In this document: one piece after another, positions 9,146 through 17,900 of the stretch | Layout of the letters: each line of letters opens with the position of its first letter | Position numbering within the stretch: position 1 is the first letter of the stretch | Virus record (IMG/VR): IMGVR_UViG_3300047323_000304 | Coordinates: 64,001 to 128,000 of that record | Strand: one strand, 5' to 3' | Length of the DNA: 64,000 bases | From: a virus | Program-made: the position numbers and the translations under genes | The notes under the pieces: generated by a model | Databases searched by the model: none | What the model was told of the DNA's origin: nothing | The model's input: only the letters and a program-made list of their open reading frames with translations

Positions 9146-9538
9146 TTAATTCACATCCTCACTATTTGTTAAGCGTTTATATAATTCATGTCCTTGTCTA
9201 ATTCCAGTTAATTTATTACAAGTATATAGCATTAAAATATTTCTATTTTTTATTTCATCTTCTAGTAAATCTCTTTCATGGCAATATATTTGTTCAATAT
9301 AGTCATCATATTCTTTGATATATTTGTTATGAATTTCTTTATCATCTTGTTTATTTTGAATGTTCATTGACTTAAATTGTTTTAGTACTTCACTTAATAT
9401 ATTATCAATACTTTTACAGTTATTATTTTCATCTTTTATTGTTACATTAATTTGTTTTAATGCTTGTTCAATTGGACTAAAATCCTTATTAATGGACATT
9501 GCTAGAAATCTATGTCCAACAGTTTTTATACAATCCAT
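9146..9538 (-). CDS. Hypothetical protein with tape-measure-like segment
   Basis: RBS AAAGGAGA; ALKQINVTIKDENNNCKSIDNILSEVLKQFKSM resembles a TMP core repeat. Confidence 0.6.
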   Translation of the reverse strand: MDCIKTVGHRFLAMSINKDFSPIEQALKQINVTIKDENNNCKSIDNILSEVLKQFKSMNIQNKQDDKEIHNKYIKEYDDYIEQIYCHERDLLEDEIKNRNILMLYTCNKLTGIRQGHELYKRLTNSEDVN

Positions 9539-9594
9539 ATATTTAATCTCCTTTCATTGTATTTTAAAATGTAGTTTTTGTTGTCTTTTAATAT

Positions 9595-10359
9595 TTAATC
9601 AGTTATATCTATTTTTCTATGAATTAATGCTTGGTATACACTATCTGGTATTTCATTTTTATATTCTTCAGCTACTTCTACAAAAACATTTTCTCTAAAT
9701 TCTTTGTAAGCATTAAATGCTTCTATTTCAGTAGGAAAAGTACCTAAATAACATGATTTTTCATCACTACCTACTGCATTTGCAGAAAATGTTCCACTAT
9801 CCTTACGACTAGTTCCCAATAAGGTTTTCCCACGATAATTCTTTCTATTAATTAATAATAGATTTATTCTTTGAGGGATAAATACACAAATTTCAGGCGA
9901 ATATATTTTATTACCTTTATGTAGTATATCTTTATCAATCTCCATTCTTTCATTTCTAACTTCATAATAATTGTCTTTATACCATTGAGCATAGTTCTGA
10001 AAGTTTAACCATTCATCACATACTATACAACCTTCGTATGCACCTCTTTGTCTTTTAGGAATAAAACATCTTCCAAGCATATTATGCCAAGTTTTATATT
10101 CTATAGTATTTTTATTTGTTCCTAAACTAAGTTTATGTATACCCTCCCCTGTATAAGCGACACCATAAATTGTTTTATCGTATGGGTTCTTAATAACACC
10201 TTTTTTAAAGTTACTATATGTAGTTTGTTTAGTATGTTTGTGTTCATCTTGAAATTGAATGGTTATATTATTTGTATTTTTAAATTCTATTATTTTCATA
10301 ACTGTACCATGTTTATTCTTATTTTCTTCTCCAATATATTTACTATAATCTCTATTCAT
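9595..10359 (-). CDS. Free-standing HNH homing endonuclease with AP2-like C-terminus
   Basis: YKTWHNMLGRC, VCDEWLNFQNY, IDKDIL...YSPEICVFIP..IN, YLGTFPTEIEAFNAY; paralog of 63227..63991. Confidence 0.85.
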   Translation of the reverse strand: MNRDYSKYIGEENKNKHGTVMKIIEFKNTNNITIQFQDEHKHTKQTTYSNFKKGVIKNPYDKTIYGVAYTGEGIHKLSLGTNKNTIEYKTWHNMLGRCFIPKRQRGAYEGCIVCDEWLNFQNYAQWYKDNYYEVRNERMEIDKDILHKGNKIYSPEICVFIPQRINLLLINRKNYRGKTLLGTSRKDSGTFSANAVGSDEKSCYLGTFPTEIEAFNAYKEFRENVFVEVAEEYKNEIPDSVYQALIHRKIDITD

Positions 10360-10506
10360 TCTATCTCCTTTTTAATTTATTTTATTTGTAAAGTTCCCTT
10401 AAATTATCTGTTTTATGAAAACATTTTGTATATTATGCAATAAAAAGTGAATATTATAACATATTTATACACTAATTTTACATAATATACGTTGTTAGTT
10501 TTTAAT

Positions 10507-11901
10507 TTATTTTGTTAATTCTATAATATACTGATTGCTTGAACCATACATAGGATTATCACATTTTTTATCAAGCTCAAACTTCCCACATATTATTTTA
10601 TCAATATATTTAGTTGCTTCAAAATCTTTAATATCATCATATTCATAGCCAGTCCAAACATAAATACTGCAATCTGGAATTTCATTTCTTACACGTTTAA
10701 CAATATCTAATAATTCGTTTTTGTTATATGGAGCAAATGGTTCTCCTCCAAGAAGGGATAACGCTTTTCTTTCTTTACAAAGATTAACAATTACATCAAT
10801 ATCTAATTTAAAATTATTATCATGTTCCCATAAAGATTCATTATGGCACATATAACATTTATGAGGGCAACCTTTAAACCATGCAGAAACTCTTAATCCA
10901 TCACCATTTAGTATTTCAAAATCATGAATTCCTTCTGAAATCTCTCTACCATAATGTACTTCTCTTTGTTCATCTTCTTGTTTTTTACCATCATTTACTC
11001 TAGTATCTCCATCTATTTCATAATAAGAAAGATAACCACAGACACGATCCACTACTATTAATTTTGTACTACCACATTTATCACAATGAGGATTTGATTT
11101 GTCATATTCTATAACACTTCTGCCACATTCTTTGCATGTTACTGAGTCAAAATTAACTCCTTCATATAATCCCATTTTCATAGCTTGTCTTGTTACTTGT
11201 GATATTGCTTTTAAATTATGGTTAATTGGATATTCACTATAAAAAATATGTCCAGCATTACTTAAATCAAACATTGGTTTTTCAATTCTCATCTTTTCAA
11301 ATGGATCAACTTTAGCAGTAACATTTACATGAAAACTATTCATTATGTATTTTTTATCTGTGACTCCTTTTATAATTCCAAAATGTTCAAACTCTTTATT
11401 TCTACAAGTCTCGGCATAACCTTCTATTGGACTACCATAGATTGCAAACATTAATCCATATTCTTTTATAGCCTCATCTTTCCATTTATTTAGATGCTCT
11501 AAGACTTCTATCGCAAATGAATTATCTTCGTGTATTTCTTTTCCTGTCATTAATAAACTAACTTCATTTAACCCTAGATAACCATATGACCATGTAAAAG
11601 TCTTAATTACTTCTTCTATTGTATCAGTTGGTTTTAATCTCATATGACAACCACCATCACAAAAGAATAATGGATTTGAACTTGCTTCTACATTTTTCAT
11701 TCTGTCAAATTGCCATAAATGACCTTCAGTTGCTAAGTCAAAATATTCTTTTAAAGTTTTAAAATATGCTTCTTTATCTTTTGTGTGTCTGTATAATAAT
11801 GCTGGTCTTACTGTATTAATTGTTATTGCTCCACAGTTTGCACGACCATTAAAAACTGGTTCTCCTTTTTCATTAAACCATACTGACAAATACGCTCTAC
11901 A
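10507..11901 (-). CDS. nrdD: Class III ribonucleotide reductase NrdD exon 2, fused in frame to NrdG activase
   Basis: Begins with CRAYL (active-site Cys); Zn site CKECG..CDKCG; glycyl-radical RVCGYL; then, with no stop, GDGLRVSAWFKGCPHKCYMCHN (CxxxCxxC) and LLGGEP of NrdG. Confidence 0.92.
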   Translation of the reverse strand, partial: CRAYLSVWFNEKGEPVFNGRANCGAITINTVRPALLYRHTKDKEAYFKTLKEYFDLATEGHLWQFDRMKNVEASSNPLFFCDGGCHMRLKPTDTIEEVIKTFTWSYGYLGLNEVSLLMTGKEIHEDNSFAIEVLEHLNKWKDEAIKEYGLMFAIYGSPIEGYAETCRNKEFEHFGIIKGVTDKKYIMNSFHVNVTAKVDPFEKMRIEKPMFDLSNAGHIFYSEYPINHNLKAISQVTRQAMKMGLYEGVNFDSVTCKECGRSVIEYDKSNPHCDKCGSTKLIVVDRVCGYLSYYEIDGDTRVNDGKKQEDEQREVHYGREISEGIHDFEILNGDGLRVSAWFKGCPHKCYMCHNESLWEHDNNFKLDIDVIVNLCKERKALSLLGGEPFAPYNKNELLDIVKRVRNEIPDCSIYVWTGYEYDDIKDFEATKYIDKIICGKFELDKKCDNPMYGSSNQYIIELTK

Positions 11902-12176
11902 CATGTTCTCTAATATTACTATTAGCATTGACTATATCATCTCTCCGACTCACCACGTCATCAACAAGCCCTTCGCTTGGAATTGGTGCTTATCTCCAAT
12001 CCTACTCTGCTACACTCATCACAGATAGTCGATACACATTTATCTATATTACTATAGAATTTAGCACGGTCTCAGCTTTAATATGTTATTAAAGTCCTAA
12101 CCGTTAGCATTACAATTAAGTAACACACCCTATAAGCTAGGTTCAAAGGGTTTTACATGGGCTAGTAGTTTTACAG
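11902..12176 (-). ncRNA. Group I self-splicing intron (275 nt, no ORF) in nrdD
   Basis: Removal restores LAPMG|CRAYL in frame. Exon 1 ends in U, intron ends in G, IGS GCCCAU pairs with exon AUGGGU. Core-like segments GCTAACGG, TGTATCGACTATC and GATATAGTC are present. Confidence 0.9.
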
Positions 12177-13304
12177 ACCCATTGGTGCTAAGGCATAACC
12201 ATACGTTTTCCATATGTATCCACAATAACCTTCATCTAATGAAAGCATATCTGGATATGCACGTTTTGCTCTACATTCAATAGCTAAGTCATATAAATCT
12301 TCATTTATTCCACCTTCACCATGAATTTCATCTCTATAAAAGAAAACTATCTTAGGAAATATTGCAGTTTGTTTTTTCTTTCCACAACCTTTTAATCTAG
12401 TTTCTAAAATAATTCTAGTTACAAATCTTGCCCAAAAGGTTGTTCTATTTCCTAATGCTATTGTTTCAAAAGGTACTTGCATATTAGAATTAGAAATCGA
12501 GTTTAATCTAGTTTCAATACCATTCCATCTTTTTCTAAATGCTCTTTCAACAAATTTCATTGCCATATCTTTTATCTTTTCTTCTGAAATATCCTCATCT
12601 TTTAGTTGATTTGTATAATATGTAATTGATTTATCATAAGCATTTTCTAAAGCCCCTTCTAATACATGATCAATTTCATTGATAGTAAATCCCCCATATT
12701 CTTGTGAACTAGCTTCTAATAGTACATCTGATAATACGCCTAAATAAGCTTCAATACTTTCTGCATCATCATATTCTAATCCATTGATAACAGGGTTGTT
12801 ATCAATAACAGTTTTCATATCAAATAGGCAACAATTTATTCCTCCAAAATATCTATCAGAAACATCATGGAACTTTATTTTATTATCTTTATGTGCATCT
12901 GCTAACTTCTTTGGTAATATACGATTTAACATTTCACTTGTTATATATGTATCTAAAGTTAGTCCTTTTTTAGTAGATACTAATTGTGAATTTTTATTAG
13001 CATTTTCCCTACTAACAGTTGTTAATATTTTATCTGTTTCATGTCTAAGTTCTGTATTTCTTTTATATTCTTGTACACATCTATAATCTTCATAAGATAT
13101 AGCAATATCTTTAAATCCATATTCAATTAATGAATTAACTACTAGTTTTTCAATTTCAGATACTGTTAGTTCTTTATTAATATGTTGTATATCCTCAGCT
13201 ATCATTGTTGCAACTGATTTCTTGCCTCCAGCCTTTACTATTGCACTTTCAATTCTTTTAATGTCAAAATCTTGTTTAACACCTGTTCTTTTTATTACAT
13301 ACAT
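12177..13304 (-). CDS. nrdD: Class III ribonucleotide reductase NrdD exon 1
   Basis: ATP-cone MYVIKRTGVKQDFDIKRIESAI; INCCLFD, QEYGGFTI, AIFPKIVF; ends at APMG. Confidence 0.92.
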
Positions 13305-13364
13305 TTAACCACTCTCTTTCATTATTTTTAATTTATTATATAAACTATTTTCATAGTTATAAGC

Positions 13365-13559
13365 TTATTCTAATACTAATTTAGTATCATTGACTTCTCC
13401 ACAATGAGAACATGTAACATATGGTCTACCCATTTTTACTGAAATTCTAGCTTCATTATATGAGTCACATTTTCCACAGATATAATGAATTTTAGGTGAT
13501 TTACCAAATAACATTGTTAAACTTAAATTTAACATTTGTAAGCTTTTTACTGTTACCAT
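13365..13559 (-). CDS. Small Zn-ribbon protein
   Basis: CGKC...CSHC. Confidence 0.6.
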   Translation of the reverse strand: MVTVKSLQMLNLSLTMLFGKSPKIHYICGKCDSYNEARISVKMGRPYVTCSHCGEVNDTKLVLE

Positions 13560-13574
13560 TAATTAATCCCCTCC

Positions 13575-13760
13575 TTATGGTTCAAATTTAAATAATTCAT
13601 AATCATTTTCAACTAATCTATAATAGTTATTACTATCTTCACCAGCTTTTTCATTTAAAAATTCGACTATTTGTTTGCCATAATAGTTATTTACATTTTC
13701 ACAAACTAAGACATCGTCATATATTTCTCTATCATAATTATCTACACATATTATTTTCAT
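13575..13760 (-). CDS. Hypothetical phage protein
   Basis: RBS AGGAGGG; MKIICVDNYDRE. Confidence 0.7.
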   Translation of the reverse strand: MKIICVDNYDREIYDDVLVCENVNNYYGKQIVEFLNEKAGEDSNNYYRLVENDYELFKFEP

Positions 13761-13764
13761 TTAA

Positions 13765-14082
13765 TTAATCCTCCTTAACGAAACTAATATTATCAATATT
13801 TCCAGTTAAAACAAAAATATTGTTAGTTAACATACCTACATCTAAACACATTTTTCCTTCAACTTCTTGCCCTTCTATATCAGTCAATTGCATAGTAATA
13901 GGAGTATTTAAGAATTGTTCTAATTGACCATGCTCCTCATGCCATTTTTTATCTTCTTCTAATGTCTCCATTAAATCTTTAATTGTTGGATAATCTCTAA
14001 ATCCATTATCTTGTATGTATAGTTTTACTTCATTAACCTTATCTGTTTCTGCAATAATCACTTTTGCTTGTTTTGTTTCCAT
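13765..14082 (-). CDS. Hypothetical protein
   Basis: RBS AGGAGAG. Confidence 0.7.
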   Translation of the reverse strand: METKQAKVIIAETDKVNEVKLYIQDNGFRDYPTIKDLMETLEEDKKWHEEHGQLEQFLNTPITMQLTDIEGQEVEGKMCLDVGMLTNNIFVLTGNIDNISFVKED

Positions 14083-14179
14083 TTCTCATTCTCTCCTTTT
14101 TATAATTATTTGGTATAATATTACTTTATCATATAATATATAAACCGTCTATCTTTATTTTTAATTTATTTTCTCTTGA

Positions 14180-14195
14180 TAAAATCAGCACTTTA
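14180..14195. repeat. TAAAA-N6-TTTTA site (1 mismatch)
   Basis: CTTGA TAAAA TCAGCA CTTTA, 1 nt from the stop at 14197. Confidence 0.6.
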
Positions 14196-14196
14196 T

Positions 14197-14787
14197 TTAC
14201 AGTAATATCCATTCTTTTGATTCAATATCTTTTATGGTAAATTCACTATCCTTGTCGTAAAAATAACCATCTAATTCACAACCATTATCATTCTTCATAT
14301 GTTCTTTAGCTGTTTTAAAATCAAAATATTCAACCTTGTTCTTTTCTTTTAATTCAGTTACATATTTATAAATGTTTTGTAACCAGTCAATTATTATTGG
14401 TAAATTGTCATATGTAAAATCACAATTATCCTTAACATATATAAGTGAATATTTATTCTTTATTAATTCAGCAAATTCTTCTTCTTCATAAGCATTTAAA
14501 GTTAATCCATCTATAGAATCTTTCAATAGCTCATAAACTGATTTCTCATTATCTTTGTTCATTTTATTATCACGCTCTTTTCTTTCTTCAACTAATTCTA
14601 ACATATCATATGCCCAACGTGTTTCACCATTATCTAATGCTAATCTATAACCATTGTCATATCTTATTATAGTAGTTTCTTGATTAGAATGCTTTAAATG
14701 CATATTAGTAACTTTTATACTTCCATAACAATATCCTCTATTTAAATTATTTTTAATTCTAACTTTGTTCCCTTTTTGATAACTCAT
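14197..14787 (-). CDS. Hypothetical modular protein (SH3/KOW-like N-terminus)
   Basis: RBS AGGAGG; YQKGNKVRIK start. Confidence 0.7.
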   Translation of the reverse strand: MSYQKGNKVRIKNNLNRGYCYGSIKVTNMHLKHSNQETTIIRYDNGYRLALDNGETRWAYDMLELVEERKERDNKMNKDNEKSVYELLKDSIDGLTLNAYEEEEFAELIKNKYSLIYVKDNCDFTYDNLPIIIDWLQNIYKYVTELKEKNKVEYFDFKTAKEHMKNDNGCELDGYFYDKDSEFTIKDIESKEWILL

Positions 14788-14839
14788 ATTCGTTTTACCT
14801 CCTAAATTTTAATTCTTAATTTATTATATTCAAGTAAAT

Positions 14840-15106
14840 CTATTCTTTTATTTTATCCTGCTTGTTAACAAATTGCATTAACTCATTATAAATATCTTCA
14901 TATTTTATATCTCCATCTTCCTCATTGTATACTGCACTTTCAAAAATTTCAGAGCCATTATCCCATATTGTTACTTGCAATGTACAATTTATTTCATCGG
15001 ATACTATATTTTTTATTTTTTGTAAAACTAAATTTAAATCTGTAGTTATTAAAGAAGTGTCTTCTCCATAACATTCTAAAACTTGATATACATTCATTTT
15101 ATTCAT
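14840..15106 (-). CDS. Hypothetical protein
   Basis: RBS AGAAAGGA. Confidence 0.65.
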   Translation of the reverse strand: MNKMNVYQVLECYGEDTSLITTDLNLVLQKIKNIVSDEINCTLQVTIWDNGSEIFESAVYNEEDGDIKYEDIYNELMQFVNKQDKIKE

Positions 15107-15273
15107 CCTTTCTTTATAATTTATTTAATAATTTATCACTCATTAACTATACAATTATAACTGTTCCTATCAATCTTAAATACGTAATATCATTTACTAT
15201 AAATATACTGGTTAAAAGTAATATATCTAATGTCAATCCTAATCTTTTTCTTTTGGTCATTCGTTTATTCATA

Positions 15274-15861
15274 CTATTTTACCTCATTTACTATGTACCC
15301 ACGTATCTTTTTAACTCCATAAGAATTTGCTCGTTTCTTCCACTGTTCTCTAGTCTCACCATCTAGTCTGGTAACATATAAATCTATGTGGTTAGAATTA
15401 TTAAAATTATTTCCACCTTTATCTGAAACAATCCTTAAACCATAATCTTTTTCTAAAAATATTTTAGTTCCTAATGGTAATACATTATTTGCAATGACTC
15501 CTCTTTCTAAAGGTTTTCCCTTACAATCTACATTTCCATGTATACTGTTTTCTTCTTCAAGTCCTGTATAAAAACTGACTGTAAACTCTTGCCATTGTGG
15601 TTCATTTATCTTTTGTTCTTCTAACTCTTTCTGATTTCTCAGTCGTTCTTTTTCAGTTTTCTTTTTATCTAGTTCCAATTTGTCTTTTTCAAACTGTTCT
15701 TGTATTGGATTGATTAATAATCCAAATCTATCTTTATGTACCATTCCCTCTGTATCTTTTACAACTACTTGCGTTGTCTGGAACGGTGATATGTTGCTTT
15801 CTGTTGGAAATGTGAAAAGTAAAGTTATAGAAAGCATACATACAATCCTGTTCTTCAACAT
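15274..15861 (-). CDS. Secreted 3D-domain (MltA-like) peptidoglycan-related protein
   Basis: Signal-peptide-like N-terminus; VSFYT, GVIAN..LPLGTKI, IVSDKGG, NHIDLYV. Confidence 0.8.
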   Translation of the reverse strand: MLKNRIVCMLSITLLFTFPTESNISPFQTTQVVVKDTEGMVHKDRFGLLINPIQEQFEKDKLELDKKKTEKERLRNQKELEEQKINEPQWQEFTVSFYTGLEEENSIHGNVDCKGKPLERGVIANNVLPLGTKIFLEKDYGLRIVSDKGGNNFNNSNHIDLYVTRLDGETREQWKKRANSYGVKKIRGYIVNEVK

Positions 15862-15889
15862 CTAATCATTCCTTCCTAAGTATATTCAA

Positions 15890-16783
15890 TTATTGTTTAA
15901 CATTCATTAATTCAGTAATTTTTTGGGTTTCATTTGCTATCTCAACTATATTCGCAGTTTGTTCTTGAATGGCTGAAGATATTTGTTCCATGCCTGCTGA
16001 TGTTTCACTCATGCTAATATTAATTTCTTCTATATTAGCAATTCTAAATATACTACTTTGTTTTAATTTTGCACTGTCCTCTTTTCCGATTTCAGTTTTA
16101 GTTAAAATTATCCTTGCTTTATCTTGTAACTCTTTTATAATTTGACTTATTGTTACGCTGGAATCTTTAACTCCTTCTGCCAACTTCCTTATTTCACTAG
16201 CAACTACTGCAAAACCTTTACCAGCTTCGCCAGCTCTAGCACTTTCTATACTTGCATTTAGTGATAATAGATTAGTTTGGTCTGCAATTTCTTTAATTGT
16301 TTCTGTTATTTTAGAAATGTCTTGCATTTTCTCATATAAATCATTTGCATTATTATAAATATTTGTGTTCTCTTCATGAAATCTATCCATAATTCCACCA
16401 TTATCTTTAGCACCTTTATATGCACTATTAACTCTTTCGGCAATGCTAAAAAGTGTTGCATTGATTTCTTCAACTGTAGCAGTAAATTCTTCTGATACAC
16501 TCGCAGATGATGTAATAGCATTACTAATTGATTCCATTTCTTTTAGTAATTTTGAATTGGACTTTTCTGCTGACTTCTTATAATCTTTAAATGATTTATC
16601 GTTAACTTCTAGTTCTGTATGTAGTTCTTTATTTTGTGATTCTAATTTTTTAATTTCATTATCTTTTTCAGATTTTAAGGCTTCTAGTTTCTCATTCATT
16701 TCTTTTTCTAAAGTTTCTCTTAATTCTTGTAACCCTTTTTCGTTTTTAAATAATTTTTTCATATTAATACACACTCCATTCAT
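15890..16783 (-). CDS. Soluble methyl-accepting chemotaxis protein (MCP signalling domain)
   Basis: Hairpin tip [38 protein letters not shown]; no TM segment; short coiled-coil N-terminus. Confidence 0.95.
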   Translation of the reverse strand: MNGVCINMKKLFKNEKGLQELRETLEKEMNEKLEALKSEKDNEIKKLESQNKELHTELEVNDKSFKDYKKSAEKSNSKLLKEMESISNAITSSASVSEEFTATVEEINATLFSIAERVNSAYKGAKDNGGIMDRFHEENTNIYNNANDLYEKMQDISKITETIKEIADQTNLLSLNASIESARAGEAGKGFAVVASEIRKLAEGVKDSSVTISQIIKELQDKARIILTKTEIGKEDSAKLKQSSIFRIANIEEINISMSETSAGMEQISSAIQEQTANIVEIANETQKITELMNVKQ

Positions 16784-16888
16784 TTAATTTATTTTTGTTG
16801 GCTTTCATTACTGTGTCAACTCTAAATTGTCAGGATTAATTGCGTACTATGTTTAGTTTTATGTTTTCTATTTTTTTAGAATTGAGAA

Positions 16889-17086
16889 TTACTTTTCACT
16901 TGGTTCTTTATATAATTCCTCTTTGTGTTCATTAATATAGTCAATTATTTTTGTAGTTTCTCTTGAAGCGTTTAAACATATTTGTAACAGTTCGTTTGGA
17001 ATATGTTCTGTTGTACCTATATCTATCAAAGCATTTTTTGCTCTATAATAATTTTCAACTAGTCTTTGTGCATCTTGTTTCCACAT
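16889..17086 (-). CDS. Hypothetical protein
   Basis: Co-oriented ORF. Confidence 0.6.
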   Translation of the reverse strand: MWKQDAQRLVENYYRAKNALIDIGTTEHIPNELLQICLNASRETTKIIDYINEHKEELYKEPSEK

Positions 17087-17262
17087 ATATATCTACACCC
17101 TTTCTTCACATTTTTCTACAATACACTAAGTGTCCAATTGTCTTTGTTTATGCTGATTAATTTACCATTAAAATAATGGTAATTATAACCATGTATTAAA
17201 CATAAAGTATACATTACATTTCCCCTCCTTTTACTTCTCAATTTTATATATTATACTTTCTA

Positions 17263-17278
17263 TAAAATTTGGTTTTTA
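17263..17278. repeat. TAAAA-N6-TTTTA site (perfect)
   Basis: TAAAA TTTGGT TTTTA CTTGC, after the stop at 17292. Confidence 0.65.
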
Positions 17279-17291
17279 CTTGCTTTTTAAT

Positions 17292-17489
17292 TTATTTTGA
17301 CTCTATTAATATTTTACATATATTTCTTATTTCTGATTCTAAACCTTTATCATTGTTTATCTTTTCATAGAATTTTTCTTTATTGATTTTTAATTCTTCT
17401 AGCATTCTATTTTCAAAAATTATATGCATATTATTTGTTTTTGTATTTAAAGATACTTCAAATAGCTTTACTGTATTTTCTTGTTTCAC
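17292..17489 (-). CDS. Hypothetical protein
   Basis: RBS AGAGGTG. Confidence 0.6.
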   Translation of the reverse strand: MKQENTVKLFEVSLNTKTNNMHIIFENRMLEELKINKEKFYEKINNDKGLESEIRNICKILIESK

Positions 17490-17515
17490 AATATCACCTC
17501 TATATTATTTATATT

Positions 17516-17821
17516 TTATTCTTTTATGTATCCACAATCTTCACAACCATACTTGTACATTATTTCGTAAATTTCTTTACCTTGCATTTCTCCTCTAGGC
17601 TCGTTCCATTTGTCTAATTCAACAATTTTTGAACTACATTTAGGGCATCTGCCTGTTCTATCAGCTAATGAATTTTTATCTTCTTCTAATTTATCAGCAA
17701 GTTCCTTAGGATTGTTACGAATGTCTAAAACTAACATATTAAGGTCTTGTATGGTTTCACTAACTTCATGATTATTTCTATTTATCGTTTGTGTTAACTC
17801 ATATGTATCTGTATCAATCAA
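17516..17821 (-). CDS. Hypothetical protein with C-terminal Zn ribbon
   Basis: CPKC...CEDC. Confidence 0.65.
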   Translation of the reverse strand: MIDTDTYELTQTINRNNHEVSETIQDLNMLVLDIRNNPKELADKLEEDKNSLADRTGRCPKCSSKIVELDKWNEPRGEMQGKEIYEIMYKYGCEDCGYIKE

Positions 17822-17856
17822 GTTTTCATCACTTCCTTTCCTGTTGGATTAATCTT

Positions 17857-17885
17857 AGTTTAACATTATTGGATAAGCTTGTCAA
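17857..17885 (-). promoter_or_regulatory. Sigma-A promoter TTGACA-N17-TAAACT
   Basis: Preceded by AAATAAAATAAAAAGAATATA; directly after the gyrA stop. Confidence 0.65.
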
Positions 17886-17900
17886 TATATTCTTTTTATT

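Noticed and set aside
10507-11928. ORF-track start MLIVILENM as an independent gene
   Set aside because: The first nine codons lie inside the group I intron; the coding sequence resumes at CRAYL (11901) after splicing.
14197-14340. C-terminus FDFKTAKEHMK...FTIKDIESKEWILL loosely like the Tad2/DUF2829 sponge pattern
   Set aside because: The resemblance is too weak to call without an HMM; the family's characteristic core motif is missing.
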